DNA from: an uncultured Desulfobacterales bacterium | Lineage (GTDB): Bacteria; Desulfobacterota; Desulfobacteria; Desulfobacterales; B30-G6 | NCBI GenBank assembly: GCA_964435695.1 | Contig: CAYTAQ010000003.1 | Location: 1 to 62,178, forward strand | Direction of reading: 5' to 3' | Length of the DNA stretch: 62,178 bases | Shown: positions 27,365 to 37,777 of the stretch, in pieces | Numbering within the stretch: the stretch's first letter is position 1 | Layout: the number at the start of each line of letters is the position of its first letter | The notes under the pieces: generated by a model | Seen by the model: only the letters and a program-made list of their open reading frames with translations | Told to the model about the DNA's origin: nothing | Database searches by the model: none | Position numbers and translations under genes: made by a program

Positions 27365-29959
27365 TTACCACTCCCGAAGCAGTGTTGCCGGAGGTTCGCG
27401 AAAAACCAGTTTTACCGCCGGCAATGCGGCAGCCAATGCGACCAGCGCAATTAAGGGACCAGACAACATGAATGCTCCCCAGTCGATTCCATAGAGAAAT
27501 GTCCAGCCAAACGATTGCCGGTTGATTACAAAAATTAAAATATGCGACAGGGCAAATCCGCACATAGCGCCAAACAGTTCACCCAGTACCACCAGAAAGG
27601 CGGCTTCCCAAAAAATGATGGCGCGGATTTGATTAAAATCGGCGCCAATGGCAAACAGTGTATTGAGCTGTCTTGACCGTTCAAGCACCAATACAGCCAA
27701 TGTTGTTGCAATACCCAACGCCGCAATCATCAACGCAATCAATAAAAGTACTGAAGTGACGGCAAAGGTTTCGTCAAAAATCCTCAGGATGGCCCCCCTG
27801 AGACGACTCCCAACAATAATATCAATTTGATCACCGAATCGCTGAATCATGTCGTTGCGCAATTCAGATGCGGCAATATCAAGAGCGTCTCTTTTCTCCT
27901 TAAAGAAAATCCGCATACCGGACCACTGAACAGGGTGGTACTGTTTGCCAAAGTGAATCAGGCTGAAAAAAACCGCCCCGCCCCGGGTGCGGTAGTCTCG
28001 AACAATACCCAGAATCGGCAAGCTCACCTTTGAACCCTCAACCTGCGCCTCAAAAATATCGCCGATGCTCAAACCGGTTCGGTTGGAAAACACCTCTGAT
28101 ACGACGACACCCTCACCATCCACCAATTTTTGTTGGATGATTTTTGGATTTCCCTCCAGCCATAAAAAAGAGCCATAACGCATAAATCCTACCATATCCG
28201 TGAGATCAAATTCATAAGGGAGATTTTGATACATCAGGCTAAACCGTCTGTTGGGAACGATATCGATAAGGGACCCGTATGTTTTCAGTCCCTGGATAAT
28301 TTGATCCGGAATCGGATATCGGAACTGGTTGACATCTCCCATTTTTGCCGTTATGAACAAATCCCCCTGAATGGTCTGGTAGGTCCACGATTCTACGGTT
28401 TGACGGAAACTATATATCATGATGACCAAAGAGACAAAAAGAGCAACGGCGGTTAAAAGCGCGCCAACGGATACAGCTGTTCTCTTCCCGCTGTCCCTGA
28501 CATATCGGCCGGCAAGATAAGCGGAAATCCCGAACCGTTTAAGCAGTATGGGTGAAAATACCTGCCCTGCTTTTTTGAGCGCCCAAGGCACATTGAGTGA
28601 AAAACCTGCAAAAAGCAGCATAATTGAAAAATACCCCGCCAAAGGCATATTCAATACGGCAGGGAGCCGCGACAATGGAAAGACCAGAAGAATGCACAAT
28701 AAACCCAAGGTTGCGGAATGAGTTGCGGACATATGAAGTCGCGTACCGATCTGTGAAATCTCCAATGCCTCCTTCGGCGAAACATTCATGGCTTCTTTAG
28801 CGGGCTGATAAGCTGCCAGTACGGAAACGAAAAGCGTTACACCAAAACTTAACAGAAGTTCCCATAAATCAAGAGAAAGGCGCTCCGCCTGGACCCGGAC
28901 AAAAAGCGTTGCAATGGTTTGGCTGACCCCCCCAATCAGATATTTGATCAACGAACCGCTGATGGGAATAGCCAACAACCAACCAACCACACCGAAAAAA
29001 GCGCCTTCGACCAGGAAAATAAAAAATACATGGGCGCGAGACGCTCCAGTTGAAAGTAATACGGCCAACTCATGGCGACGGGCAGCCGCATTAAAAGCCA
29101 CAAGGCTATAAACCAAAAACATGCCCACAAAAAGAGATGCAAAACTCAAAACAGAAAGATTGAGTTGATAGGAGCGGATCATCATACGACCGCTTTCCTT
29201 ACTTGCATCCGGGGAATTTAAGACGATGCTTTCCGGCAGTATCTCCCGGAGGGCCGTCATGTCTTTTGAAGAGAATTCGGGACTGAACCTCAGATCGATA
29301 CGGTCGACCTTTCCAATCAACCCTGTAAATTCCTGGAATGTTGCAATGTCGGCAATGGCTATTCGCCCTCCTTCCACCAGGGATAGGCCCTCGCGATTCA
29401 TGATTCCGACGATTTTAAATTTCGCATTTTGGAATGTATGTTCGAATATGAAACTCTCACCCAAAGCACCTTTGATTTCATCGGTCAGGGTTTTTCCCAT
29501 TATCACGGTATATGGTGTTTTCAGCAGTTCCATCCATGCTGCGGCGTCCTGATCATCTCCGGATGTTTTTTGAACGGTCCAGTTTCGAAAAGGACGATCC
29601 AGGATAGGATCGAAACCGATTAATAAAAAAGGTGCCATGTCCCTGGATGCGATTTTTGTATAGGTGGTGAGTAAGGGTGAAGCATGCTGTATTTCGGCCT
29701 GTTGCAGCAGTTGGGCAATCAAATCTTCAGGAACATACCCGCCCGGTTGCGTTAACACCTTGTCCGCCTTGCCGGCGATCATGTCCATGCTTTTGGTAAA
29801 CGATTCGAGGGATGCACTGACGGAAAACCGAATACTGGTAAACACGGCCGTTCCCAAAGCAATCCCCAGCAAAACCGTTAAGGCTCGTCCGCTGTGCTTT
29901 CGCATATTTCTCAAACTGAACCATACAAAGAGCCTAAAAAAGAAAATCACATGTCTCAT
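27365..29959 (-). CDS. FtsX/MacB-like ABC permease (AttF/G-like)
   Basis: Duplicated permease halves with a periplasmic MacB-type region; operonic with the ATPase and lipocalin genes. Confidence 0.88.
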   Translation of the reverse strand: MRHVIFFFRLFVWFSLRNMRKHSGRALTVLLGIALGTAVFTSIRFSVSASLESFTKSMDMIAGKADKVLTQPGGYVPEDLIAQLLQQAEIQHASPLLTTYTKIASRDMAPFLLIGFDPILDRPFRNWTVQKTSGDDQDAAAWMELLKTPYTVIMGKTLTDEIKGALGESFIFEHTFQNAKFKIVGIMNREGLSLVEGGRIAIADIATFQEFTGLIGKVDRIDLRFSPEFSSKDMTALREILPESIVLNSPDASKESGRMMIRSYQLNLSVLSFASLFVGMFLVYSLVAFNAAARRHELAVLLSTGASRAHVFFIFLVEGAFFGVVGWLLAIPISGSLIKYLIGGVSQTIATLFVRVQAERLSLDLWELLLSFGVTLFVSVLAAYQPAKEAMNVSPKEALEISQIGTRLHMSATHSATLGLLCILLVFPLSRLPAVLNMPLAGYFSIMLLFAGFSLNVPWALKKAGQVFSPILLKRFGISAYLAGRYVRDSGKRTAVSVGALLTAVALFVSLVIMIYSFRQTVESWTYQTIQGDLFITAKMGDVNQFRYPIPDQIIQGLKTYGSLIDIVPNRRFSLMYQNLPYEFDLTDMVGFMRYGSFLWLEGNPKIIQQKLVDGEGVVVSEVFSNRTGLSIGDIFEAQVEGSKVSLPILGIVRDYRTRGGAVFFSLIHFGKQYHPVQWSGMRIFFKEKRDALDIAASELRNDMIQRFGDQIDIIVGSRLRGAILRIFDETFAVTSVLLLIALMIAALGIATTLAVLVLERSRQLNTLFAIGADFNQIRAIIFWEAAFLVVLGELFGAMCGFALSHILIFVINRQSFGWTFLYGIDWGAFMLSGPLIALVALAAALPAVKLVFREPPATLLREW

Positions 29960-30660
29960 ACCGGACCTGCAATCAAGCCGTCTTTTAGCAAAATGATTGC
30001 CGTTGCCATACCATCGGCAAGGGCGCTGTGAGTTGCGATAACAATGGTTCGCCGCATCTCCCGGTTGAGCTTCCCGAATAATTCAATAACAATTTGCCCA
30101 TTTCGGGAGTCGAGATTGCCGGTGGGCTCATCTGCCAGTATAATTTCAGGATCATTAATGAGGGCGCGCGCGATGGCGGTTCGCTGCATCTCACCGCCTG
30201 AAAGCTGAGCCGGTAGGTGTTCGAGGCGATTGCCGAGACCGAGCCATTCCAAAAGGCCGGCGCCCTTGGCACGGCTTTTCTGCAGGTCTTTGCCGGCCAG
30301 AAGTGCCGGAAGACACGCATTTTCAATCACGCTCAACGTCGGAAGCAAATTAAACGATTGGAATACCATGCTTACCACTTCCCGGCGGAAACGCGTAAGG
30401 TCTTTATCCGGAGTTTTCACAAGATCGTAGTTCGCGACATGCAATTCACCACCGGTGGGTCGATCCAAACCGGCCAGGAGGGACAACAACGTGCTCTTTC
30501 CTGAACCGCTGTTGCCTTTCAACACCACCAGTTCCCCGGCTTGAATCTCCAAATCAACGTCTTTGACACCGACAACCTCGCTTCTTCCCATGGCGTACAT
30601 GCGGCTGAGTCCACTGGCTGAAATTACAACGGGCGCTTTCCTGTGATCCTTATTCATCAT
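29956..30660 (-). CDS. ABC ATPase (LolD/AttE-like)
   Basis: GNSGSGKST, LSGGEMQR, LADEPTGNLD; start 30660 overlapping the antiporter stop. Confidence 0.9.
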   Translation of the reverse strand: MMNKDHRKAPVVISASGLSRMYAMGRSEVVGVKDVDLEIQAGELVVLKGNSGSGKSTLLSLLAGLDRPTGGELHVANYDLVKTPDKDLTRFRREVVSMVFQSFNLLPTLSVIENACLPALLAGKDLQKSRAKGAGLLEWLGLGNRLEHLPAQLSGGEMQRTAIARALINDPEIILADEPTGNLDSRNGQIVIELFGKLNREMRRTIVIATHSALADGMATAIILLKDGLIAGPV

Positions 30661-32330
30661 TACACCTCTAAACTTCCGCTCATTCGGCAAGCCAGAATTT
30701 GACCGGTTTCATCCGCCAGATATTCGGCAGCTCGTTGAGAAATGGAGTCTCCTACGACATATTCCTCATCCACGATAACATCCGCGCCCGCTTTTTCAAG
30801 CTCCCAATAGGAACGGTGATATCGGCAACGGGAAATGATGCCGAGCTGAGGCGCCAGATGACGCATGGCGGTAATGACACGTCGGGAAGTCCCCGGGTCC
30901 GGAATCGTAATAACCGCAAGACATGACCTGAGAATCCCGCTGTGCAGCAACACGTCCTCCTGTGAAGCATCCCCGATATGAACAGTGAAGCCTTCTTTTC
31001 TGGCCGCTTTTATACTCTCGGGGTTTATCTCGAGAATGGACGGCATGATCGATTTTGCCTTTAAGACATGCGCCACGCTTTGACCTGCCGGTCCGAAACC
31101 GACGATCAGCGGATGGAGTTTCCCGTCATCGATGCCCTGCATTTCCTGATCGGCCATTTTCGACTTAAAAAATAACGTTCTGACAATGAAATCGGCCAGG
31201 GGCTGCGCATAACTCACCATGTAAGGTGCAAAAAACATCAGACCGATGATGATGGATATCATCAAATTGGACATATTTTCATTCATCAGGCCTATATTTT
31301 TGGCTGCCGCTGCCAGGACAAAAGAAAATTCACCCACCTGTCCCAGGGTAATGGCGGAAGAAAGAGAATGGCGGGCATCAAACCTGAATAAACGGCAGAC
31401 ACCGAACGTCACAATAACCTTGATGATGAATATGCCGCACATACCGAGAAGGATCAAGTGAACATGGGTGAACATCCAGGCAGGTTTGGCAAGCATGCCG
31501 ATGGATGTAAAAAAGAGCGTCACCATGATAATCCGTAATGAACCGATGTCCGCACTGATTTGCGTTGCAAAGGGGGATTCTCCCAGGATAATCCCGGCAA
31601 TAAATGCGCCCAATGCCGGCGATATGCCCAGCTGGTGAGAAAACCAGGCTGAACCTAAAGCAATACTTACAGCCAGCAGAACCGTCAATTCTCGATTCGG
31701 GAAAACGCCCTTGGTATAAAGGATTTTGGGAATGACATGGTACAGGAGAACATAAAGAACCAGCGCCAGTCCCACAGAAGCTGCTGCAAGTTTCAACAGA
31801 TGAATGCCGATACTTCCCGGCTGAATCCCCGGAGCTAAAAGTGTGACCAGTATCACCAGCGGGACAATGGCAATGTCCTGGAGCAATAGTATACCCAGGG
31901 ATGTCCGGCCCCTTATCGAGTCGATTTCAGAACGATCAACCAGGATACGAAGCACGATGGCGGTGGAGCTCAATGCTACCAAAGCACCCAGTGTAAGGGC
32001 TTCCCTCCAGGAAGCAAAGCGGCTTGTCACGGCCATCACAAGGACAATGGTGGCGACAACCTGGAGGCTGCCGCCTCCCAGGGCCATAACACCTAGTCGT
32101 CGCAGGCGCTGGAAAGAAAATTCCAGCCCAATGGAGAAAAGAAGCAGTGACACGCCGATCTCGGCAGTATTGGCCACTGCACTGGCGTTGAACAGCATGG
32201 GGCCGAGTATGGCACCGGCTAAAAGGTATCCGATAATATTGCTCTGCCGAAACCTTTGGGCCACCGAGCCCAACAAAAAAGCGATCCCCAGCAGCAGAAA
32301 TATCTCCATTATAAAATACCATAAGTTCAT
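30660..32330 (-). CDS. CPA2 cation:proton antiporter with TrkA-N (KTN) domain, KefC-like
   Basis: ALSSTAIV, LLLQDIA, C-terminal IVGFGPAG. Confidence 0.88.
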   Translation of the reverse strand: MNLWYFIMEIFLLLGIAFLLGSVAQRFRQSNIIGYLLAGAILGPMLFNASAVANTAEIGVSLLLFSIGLEFSFQRLRRLGVMALGGGSLQVVATIVLVMAVTSRFASWREALTLGALVALSSTAIVLRILVDRSEIDSIRGRTSLGILLLQDIAIVPLVILVTLLAPGIQPGSIGIHLLKLAAASVGLALVLYVLLYHVIPKILYTKGVFPNRELTVLLAVSIALGSAWFSHQLGISPALGAFIAGIILGESPFATQISADIGSLRIIMVTLFFTSIGMLAKPAWMFTHVHLILLGMCGIFIIKVIVTFGVCRLFRFDARHSLSSAITLGQVGEFSFVLAAAAKNIGLMNENMSNLMISIIIGLMFFAPYMVSYAQPLADFIVRTLFFKSKMADQEMQGIDDGKLHPLIVGFGPAGQSVAHVLKAKSIMPSILEINPESIKAARKEGFTVHIGDASQEDVLLHSGILRSCLAVITIPDPGTSRRVITAMRHLAPQLGIISRCRYHRSYWELEKAGADVIVDEEYVVGDSISQRAAEYLADETGQILACRMSGSLEV

Positions 32331-32473
32331 GACGATTCCTTTTTAATCGTGAGGTTATTACCTGGATCATGAACTTATTATTTTATCATTTTTATTTTCC
32401 TGCTGAAAGGAATTTAATATAAACATTTGACTGCCATCCTGTTTAAAACCAGGACGCTGGCAAATGTTTATTT

Positions 32474-33766
32474 TTACATCTCAAAACCTCTTTCTCCGTG
32501 AATGGCGTTGTCAAGTCCTTGAACCTCGCTGTCCGGATCCACCCGAAGACCGTTGGTGACAGCGCGTGTGATAAAAACAATGATGAGCGTTCCAACAGCC
32601 GAAAAAGCCGCCGTCCCCATGATCGAAACAATCTGTATCCAAAGCTGACCCGGATTTCCGTGAATGAGACCCTTTGCGCCTTCAGTGACGGCCGGATTTG
32701 CAAAGATACCGGTTGCAAGCGCACCCCAACAACCACAAACACCATGTACGCCAAAGGCATCCAGCGAATCATCATAGCCCATTTTTTGTTTTAGAACGGC
32801 AACACTGAAAAATCCAATGATCCCCGCCAGCAGACCGATGACCAATGACGCCGGCAGTGTTACAAAGCCGGCCGCCGGCGTAATGGCAACCAGTCCTGCG
32901 ACAGCACCCGACGCTATACCGAGAACCGTCGGCTTTTTATTTACTACCCAGTCTGTAAACATCCATGCCATGGCAGCCATGGCAGCCGATGTGTTCGTTA
33001 CAAGAAATGCGGACCCGGCAATACCGTCGGCAGCCAGCTCACTTCCTGCATTAAACCCGAACCAGCCGAACCATAACAAGGCCGCACCCAGACTTGTCAG
33101 CGCGATACTTGATGGAAACATGGCCTCTTTCCCATATCCTTTACGTTTACCCAAAACCAGCGCCAGCACAAGACCGGCAACACCTGCATTGATATGGACC
33201 ACGGTTCCACCTGCAAAGTCAAGCGCTCCCATGCCGCCCATCCAGCCGCCGCCCCACGCCCAATGAGCAACGGGTGAATAAATAAACGTCACCCACAATA
33301 TTGTAAAAACCACCCACGATGAAAATTTCATCCGGTCGACAATGGAACCGATCACCAGCGCAACGGTTATGCCGGCGAAAGTCATCTGAAACAATACAAA
33401 AACATAGGTGGGAATGGTTCCGGAAACACTGTTTACGCTGATGCCGGATAGAAAAAAGTGTTCCAACCCGCCGATAATGCCTGCATGGGATGAACCAAAG
33501 GCCAGTGAATAGCCCCACATCATCCATACAATGCTCGCGAGACAATATGACACAAATGTCATGGCGATGGTATTCAGCAGATTTTTTGAGCGGGACATCC
33601 CCCCGTAAAAAAGCGCAAGCCCCGCAGGCGTCATCATCATCACAAGCGCCGTAGCAACAATGATCCATGCTGTATCACCGGTATCGATGGCGCCCCCCCC
33701 TGCAACAGCAGACCCGACAGAAAGGAAAAATATGCCGACTGAAACCAAACTCGTTCGTAGCTTCAT
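32474..33766 (-). CDS. amtB: Ammonium transporter
   Basis: FQMTFA, DFAGGTVVHINAG, WFGWFGFNAGS, DDSLDAFGVHG. Confidence 0.97.
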   Translation of the reverse strand: MKLRTSLVSVGIFFLSVGSAVAGGGAIDTGDTAWIIVATALVMMMTPAGLALFYGGMSRSKNLLNTIAMTFVSYCLASIVWMMWGYSLAFGSSHAGIIGGLEHFFLSGISVNSVSGTIPTYVFVLFQMTFAGITVALVIGSIVDRMKFSSWVVFTILWVTFIYSPVAHWAWGGGWMGGMGALDFAGGTVVHINAGVAGLVLALVLGKRKGYGKEAMFPSSIALTSLGAALLWFGWFGFNAGSELAADGIAGSAFLVTNTSAAMAAMAWMFTDWVVNKKPTVLGIASGAVAGLVAITPAAGFVTLPASLVIGLLAGIIGFFSVAVLKQKMGYDDSLDAFGVHGVCGCWGALATGIFANPAVTEGAKGLIHGNPGQLWIQIVSIMGTAAFSAVGTLIIVFITRAVTNGLRVDPDSEVQGLDNAIHGERGFEM

Positions 33767-33825
33767 GAAATACTGCCTCCTTTATCCAGCTCAAGTTGCG
33801 TGAATCGATAATTATACAGCTCATC

Positions 33826-33840
33826 GCAAATGGTGTGCCA
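33826..33840 (-). promoter_or_regulatory. Sigma54 promoter of amtB
   Basis: TGGCAC-ACCAT-TTGC, consensus. Confidence 0.88.
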
Positions 33841-34048
33841 TAACCAGCCGGTTTCAATGAAATCGGCAGCATTCAATTGATATCATAAGCTATTTTTCCT
33901 GTGGAAAATACATAGTCTTGCTCACAAATATGTCTTGCACATCGCATTTATGACATTTTTGTAGTATAAATATTATCAATATACATATTTGTTATATTAA
34001 TGCCGATAAGTTCGTAAAATTGCGCTCACTGTTGCGGTTCAAGTTCTG

Positions 34049-34090
34049 AAAAAAATAAAGCCCTTCAAACTCGAATAAGTCTGAAGGGCT
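34049..34090 (-). terminator. Intrinsic terminator, likely riboswitch expression platform
   Basis: AGCCCTTCA/TGAAGGGCT stem followed on the minus strand by TTATTTTTTT. Confidence 0.75.
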
Positions 34091-34160
34091 GCACCCTGTT
34101 TACTTGGCCCCTTGAAAACACCGTATGATCCGTTCAACGCAGATATTTCGGTTATGTATC

Positions 34161-34345
34161 CAGGGGCAGGTCTTCTGGCTCCCCAGCCCTTTCAGCAGCC
34201 TTCCCATTTCGCTTTTGCAAAACAGTGGCTTAGGTCGGCTGAAAAGGTTCTCCCCCGGCGTTCACCGGGAAAAGCAGGGTTACAGCGGCGGGACCGCTCC
34301 CGATTTGCACGGGATTCCCTATTAAGCCGTAACGGCACCTAACAT
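34161..34345 (-). ncRNA. Cobalamin (AdoCbl) riboswitch
   Basis: Minus strand AGGTGCC...AATAGGGAATCCCGTGCAAATCGGGAGCGGTCCCGCCGCTGTAA...GCCACTG...GGGAAGG...GAGCCAGAAGACCTGCC (B12 box). Confidence 0.93.
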
Positions 34346-34415
34346 GCTGCAACCATAGAAGGAATGGATAATGCAGAAATAATCTTCTGAAAAAATTTGG
34401 ATGAACTGCTGATCC

Positions 34416-34769
34416 CTACGCTTGTTCATCCGGAGCGGTAGGTGGCGCTTTCTTTTTTTCTTTCTTTTCCTTCTTTGCGGAAGCACCCTTGGCGATCTTT
34501 GCTGGCGCCTTATCAGGGGCGTTCTTTTTGGCAGCCAGTTTTTCTGTTTTGGTTTGGACTTTATCAGCATTCAGCTTCTCCTGAGCGGCAATACAGGATA
34601 GGCGGTAATTTGCTTTGCGGATGTTGCCCCTCATTTTTTTGACCAAGCTGTCGCGATTAATCGCGACGACGTCCAAACCTTTCTCTTTGAAAAAGGATAT
34701 ACGGGCTGCAAGTTTATCACCGGTGGCTTCCTTCTGACTTTCCAAATATCTCTTTGCTTTGAGATTCAT
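34416..34769 (-). CDS. Basic hypothetical protein with Lys/Ala-rich tail
   Basis: 117 aa, SD GGAGGAAA; no family recognised. Confidence 0.7.
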   Translation of the reverse strand: MNLKAKRYLESQKEATGDKLAARISFFKEKGLDVVAINRDSLVKKMRGNIRKANYRLSCIAAQEKLNADKVQTKTEKLAAKKNAPDKAPAKIAKGASAKKEKKEKKKAPPTAPDEQA

Positions 34770-34877
34770 TGTAAATTTTCCTCCTGCTTCATAGTATAAG
34801 CTTGTTTACATATCGAGAACGGCATTCAACTCTAAATCGTAGCAGCTGTCAAATAGAATATAATAAAAAGAAAAGCA

Positions 34878-36242
34878 TCACGACGGGATGCCGTATCTTT
34901 TCAATTTACGCCAGAGTGAAACCCGGTCGATACCCATACCGGCAGCGGCCCTGGTCTTATTCCCGTCGTATTTTTCAAGCATCCACCGGATATAACGCAT
35001 TTCTTGCTGTTCGAGGGTCGGGACGTCCGATGAATTGAAGCGGTAGGTTTCGATGGACAAATTTCTCAGATAATCCGGCAGCGTTGCGCTGCTGATGGAA
35101 GGGCCGTTCTCCAGTGCAACGGACCGCTCCATGACATTTTCCAGCTCGCGCACATTTCCCGGCCAACTGTAGGCTCGCAGCAGGTCCATCGCATCCGGAT
35201 CGATTCCGCTGATCTCTTTGTGCATCGCCTTGCGTTTCAATGCCAAAAAGAAATTGGCCAACAGCGGGATATCGCCTTCACGCTCGATCAGCGGCGGCAA
35301 CCGCACGGTGATCACGTTGAGCCGGTAATACAGGTCTTGACGAAACTGCTTGCGTTCAACTTCTTCTTTCAAGTCGCGATGGGTCGCGGAGATAAAACGG
35401 ACGTCCGTCGGTCGCGGGGTTACGCCGCCGACCCGCAGTACTTCCCGGTCCTGTATGACCCGGAGCATTTTGAGCTGCATGGACCGGGGCATGTCGCCGA
35501 CTTCATCTAAAAACACCGTACCGCCTGCCGCCGTTTCCAGCAGCCCCGGTTTCTCCCTGCTGGCACCGGTAAAAGCCCCCTCCTCGTGACCGAAGAGTTC
35601 GTTGGCCATCAGCTCCTCGGTAAAGGAGCCGCAGTTGAAAGCTACAAAACGTTTGCCGGACCGGCTGCTCAACTGATGGATGGTCCGTGCCACAAGCTCC
35701 TTGCCGGTACCGCTCTCCCCCAGAATGAGCACGTTGCTGTCGGCTGGAGCAATTTGCCGTACGGTTTTCAGCACATTTTTGACGGCCTGGCTTTCCCCGA
35801 TGATAATCGGGGCGGTTCCGGCCTCTCTGAGCGTTTCCCTGAGTTGCATGTTTTCGAGTTGCAAGCGCCGTTTGAGAAGGGCCTCGGCCGCCACTCGGCG
35901 TACCATATCTATCTTGAACGGCTTTGCGATGTAATGATAGGCGCCGGCCTGCATGGCGTTGACCGCCGAATCGACGGTTGCGTATCCGGTGATCATGATG
36001 ACTTCGGTCAGCGGGAGGTGTTTGCGACTCTGAACCAGCAGGGTCATGCCGTCGACGCCTTTCATCCTCAAATCGGTAATCACCAGATCAAAGCTTTTGC
36101 TTTTGATCAGATCCAGTGCCTCCGCACCCCCGGAAGCCGCTGTGACGACGTACCCCTCTTTTTCCAGGATATGGACAAGATTTTTGCGGGCGATATCTTC
36201 ATCTTCAACAACGAGTATGCTTTCTTCAGACTGTTGCGGCAT
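34878..36242 (-). CDS. Sigma54-dependent response regulator
   Basis: REC, GESGTGKE, GAFTGA, WPGNVREL; start ATG 36242 overlapping the kinase end. Confidence 0.95.
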   Translation of the reverse strand: MPQQSEESILVVEDEDIARKNLVHILEKEGYVVTAASGGAEALDLIKSKSFDLVITDLRMKGVDGMTLLVQSRKHLPLTEVIMITGYATVDSAVNAMQAGAYHYIAKPFKIDMVRRVAAEALLKRRLQLENMQLRETLREAGTAPIIIGESQAVKNVLKTVRQIAPADSNVLILGESGTGKELVARTIHQLSSRSGKRFVAFNCGSFTEELMANELFGHEEGAFTGASREKPGLLETAAGGTVFLDEVGDMPRSMQLKMLRVIQDREVLRVGGVTPRPTDVRFISATHRDLKEEVERKQFRQDLYYRLNVITVRLPPLIEREGDIPLLANFFLALKRKAMHKEISGIDPDAMDLLRAYSWPGNVRELENVMERSVALENGPSISSATLPDYLRNLSIETYRFNSSDVPTLEQQEMRYIRWMLEKYDGNKTRAAAGMGIDRVSLWRKLKRYGIPS

Positions 36243-37722
36243 CACAGACTCCGACCGGTAGATAGACGGTAAAGGTTGTGCCTTCATTCAGCTTGCTTTC
36301 CGCTTCGATCCGTCCGTTATGTTTTTGCACAATCCCATGACAGATGGCCAGCCCCAGCCCTGTGCCCTCCTGATCGAGAATGCCTTCGTACGTTCGCATC
36401 TGGCCTTTGGTATCACTGGAAATTTCCTTGGTTGAAAAAAAAGGATCGAAAATTTTGGAGATATATGCTTCGGGGATACCCTTGCCCGTATCGCGAACCT
36501 GAAAACAAAACTCCCGCGGGTTGTGCGGGAAAGCCTTGATGGTAATCTTCCCGCCGTTTTCAATGGCATGCAGGGCGTTTAGAATCAGGTTCAGCAGCAC
36601 CTGCTGGATTCGGCGGGAATCAATTTCTCCGCAGATTTCGTCGGGGATGTCGGCAACCAGGGTAACGTTGGCGGGTATTTCGCCTTTAATGAGTTTGAGG
36701 GTGTCCTCTACCAGTTGTTTGAACAAAACCGGTTTGACGCTGAAATTGCGCTGGCGGGAAAATTCCAGCAGCGCCCGGACGATGTCGCGCGCACGTTCCA
36801 CCTGTTTTTCGGCGTCCGTCAGGAGTTCCCGCTTGTAAGTCAGATCGTCATCTTCCAGTTCTTCCAGTAGGATCTGTACGGAGGTGTAAATGTTGTTGAG
36901 TGGGTTGTTCAGCTCGTGGGCCACTCCGGAGGTCAGGGTCCCCAAAGCAGCCAGTTTTTTTGCCTGGATAAGCTGTTCGCTGCGCTGATTCAACATCTTG
37001 ATCATGTTGTTCAGACTGCCGACCAGAGATTCGAACTCGACACCTGCGGCAATGGCCGGGATATTATCATAATTGCCTGAAGCGATATCGCTGACGGCGT
37101 TTTCAAGCGTTTTCAACGGTCTGTTTACATTCAGCATAAAAAAAAGAATCGCAATCACAAACAGCAGAAAAATGCCGCCCAAAGCGGCAAATTGATAGAT
37201 TTTGGAATCGTAAATGAGCCGGTTGATGGTTAGGCGTTCATTTTTGACCATCTTTTCGGTTTCTTCGGTAATTTTGCGGCCCAGAACCGGAATCATCTGC
37301 TGGTCGCGGGCCACGGCTGCGGATTTCTCCGGCGCTTGCGGCAGCGGGTTGCTCTCTTGATAGACGCGCAAGAGATGCAAAAGCGAATGCTCGTAATTCC
37401 CCAGGTTTTTGAGCCTGTCATGGAGGTCGGTGGCCGCAGTGTACGCGGCGTCGTTGGCAATAACTTCCTCGAGCTTTTTTTGGGCCTGGTGGATAAAAGT
37501 AATGGCATTCTCAAGGTGCTCGCTGTTGAGGGTCAGAAAGTAGTTTTTTTCAAAGCGACGGGCTTCCAGAATAACGTTCAGCAGATCTTCCTTTTTTTCG
37601 ATGATGCGCAGCTTGTGATTGATGAGATTGCTGTTGTAGTAATTCAAAAGCCAGATAATGCCGCCGGCCAGCATATATGCCGTGAAAATGAGGATGATTT
37701 TTTTTCGAATGCTTATGCGCAT
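36226..37722 (-). CDS. Membrane sensor histidine kinase (2 TM, HAMP)
   Basis: AHELNNPL, NALHA, GTGLGLA. Confidence 0.92.
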   Translation of the reverse strand: MRISIRKKIILIFTAYMLAGGIIWLLNYYNSNLINHKLRIIEKKEDLLNVILEARRFEKNYFLTLNSEHLENAITFIHQAQKKLEEVIANDAAYTAATDLHDRLKNLGNYEHSLLHLLRVYQESNPLPQAPEKSAAVARDQQMIPVLGRKITEETEKMVKNERLTINRLIYDSKIYQFAALGGIFLLFVIAILFFMLNVNRPLKTLENAVSDIASGNYDNIPAIAAGVEFESLVGSLNNMIKMLNQRSEQLIQAKKLAALGTLTSGVAHELNNPLNNIYTSVQILLEELEDDDLTYKRELLTDAEKQVERARDIVRALLEFSRQRNFSVKPVLFKQLVEDTLKLIKGEIPANVTLVADIPDEICGEIDSRRIQQVLLNLILNALHAIENGGKITIKAFPHNPREFCFQVRDTGKGIPEAYISKIFDPFFSTKEISSDTKGQMRTYEGILDQEGTGLGLAICHGIVQKHNGRIEAESKLNEGTTFTVYLPVGVCDAATV

Positions 37723-37777
37723 ATTTCAACAAATGCCGTTACGGCGGCTTTGACGATGGGAAAAGGCGGCTTTTTTC

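Noticed and set aside
33915-33992. NtrC enhancer upstream of amtB
   Set aside because: An ACAAATATGT/ACATATTTGT inverted pair and GTCTTGC direct repeats are present, but there is no GCAC-N7-GTGC match and the region is AT-rich, so no site can be called
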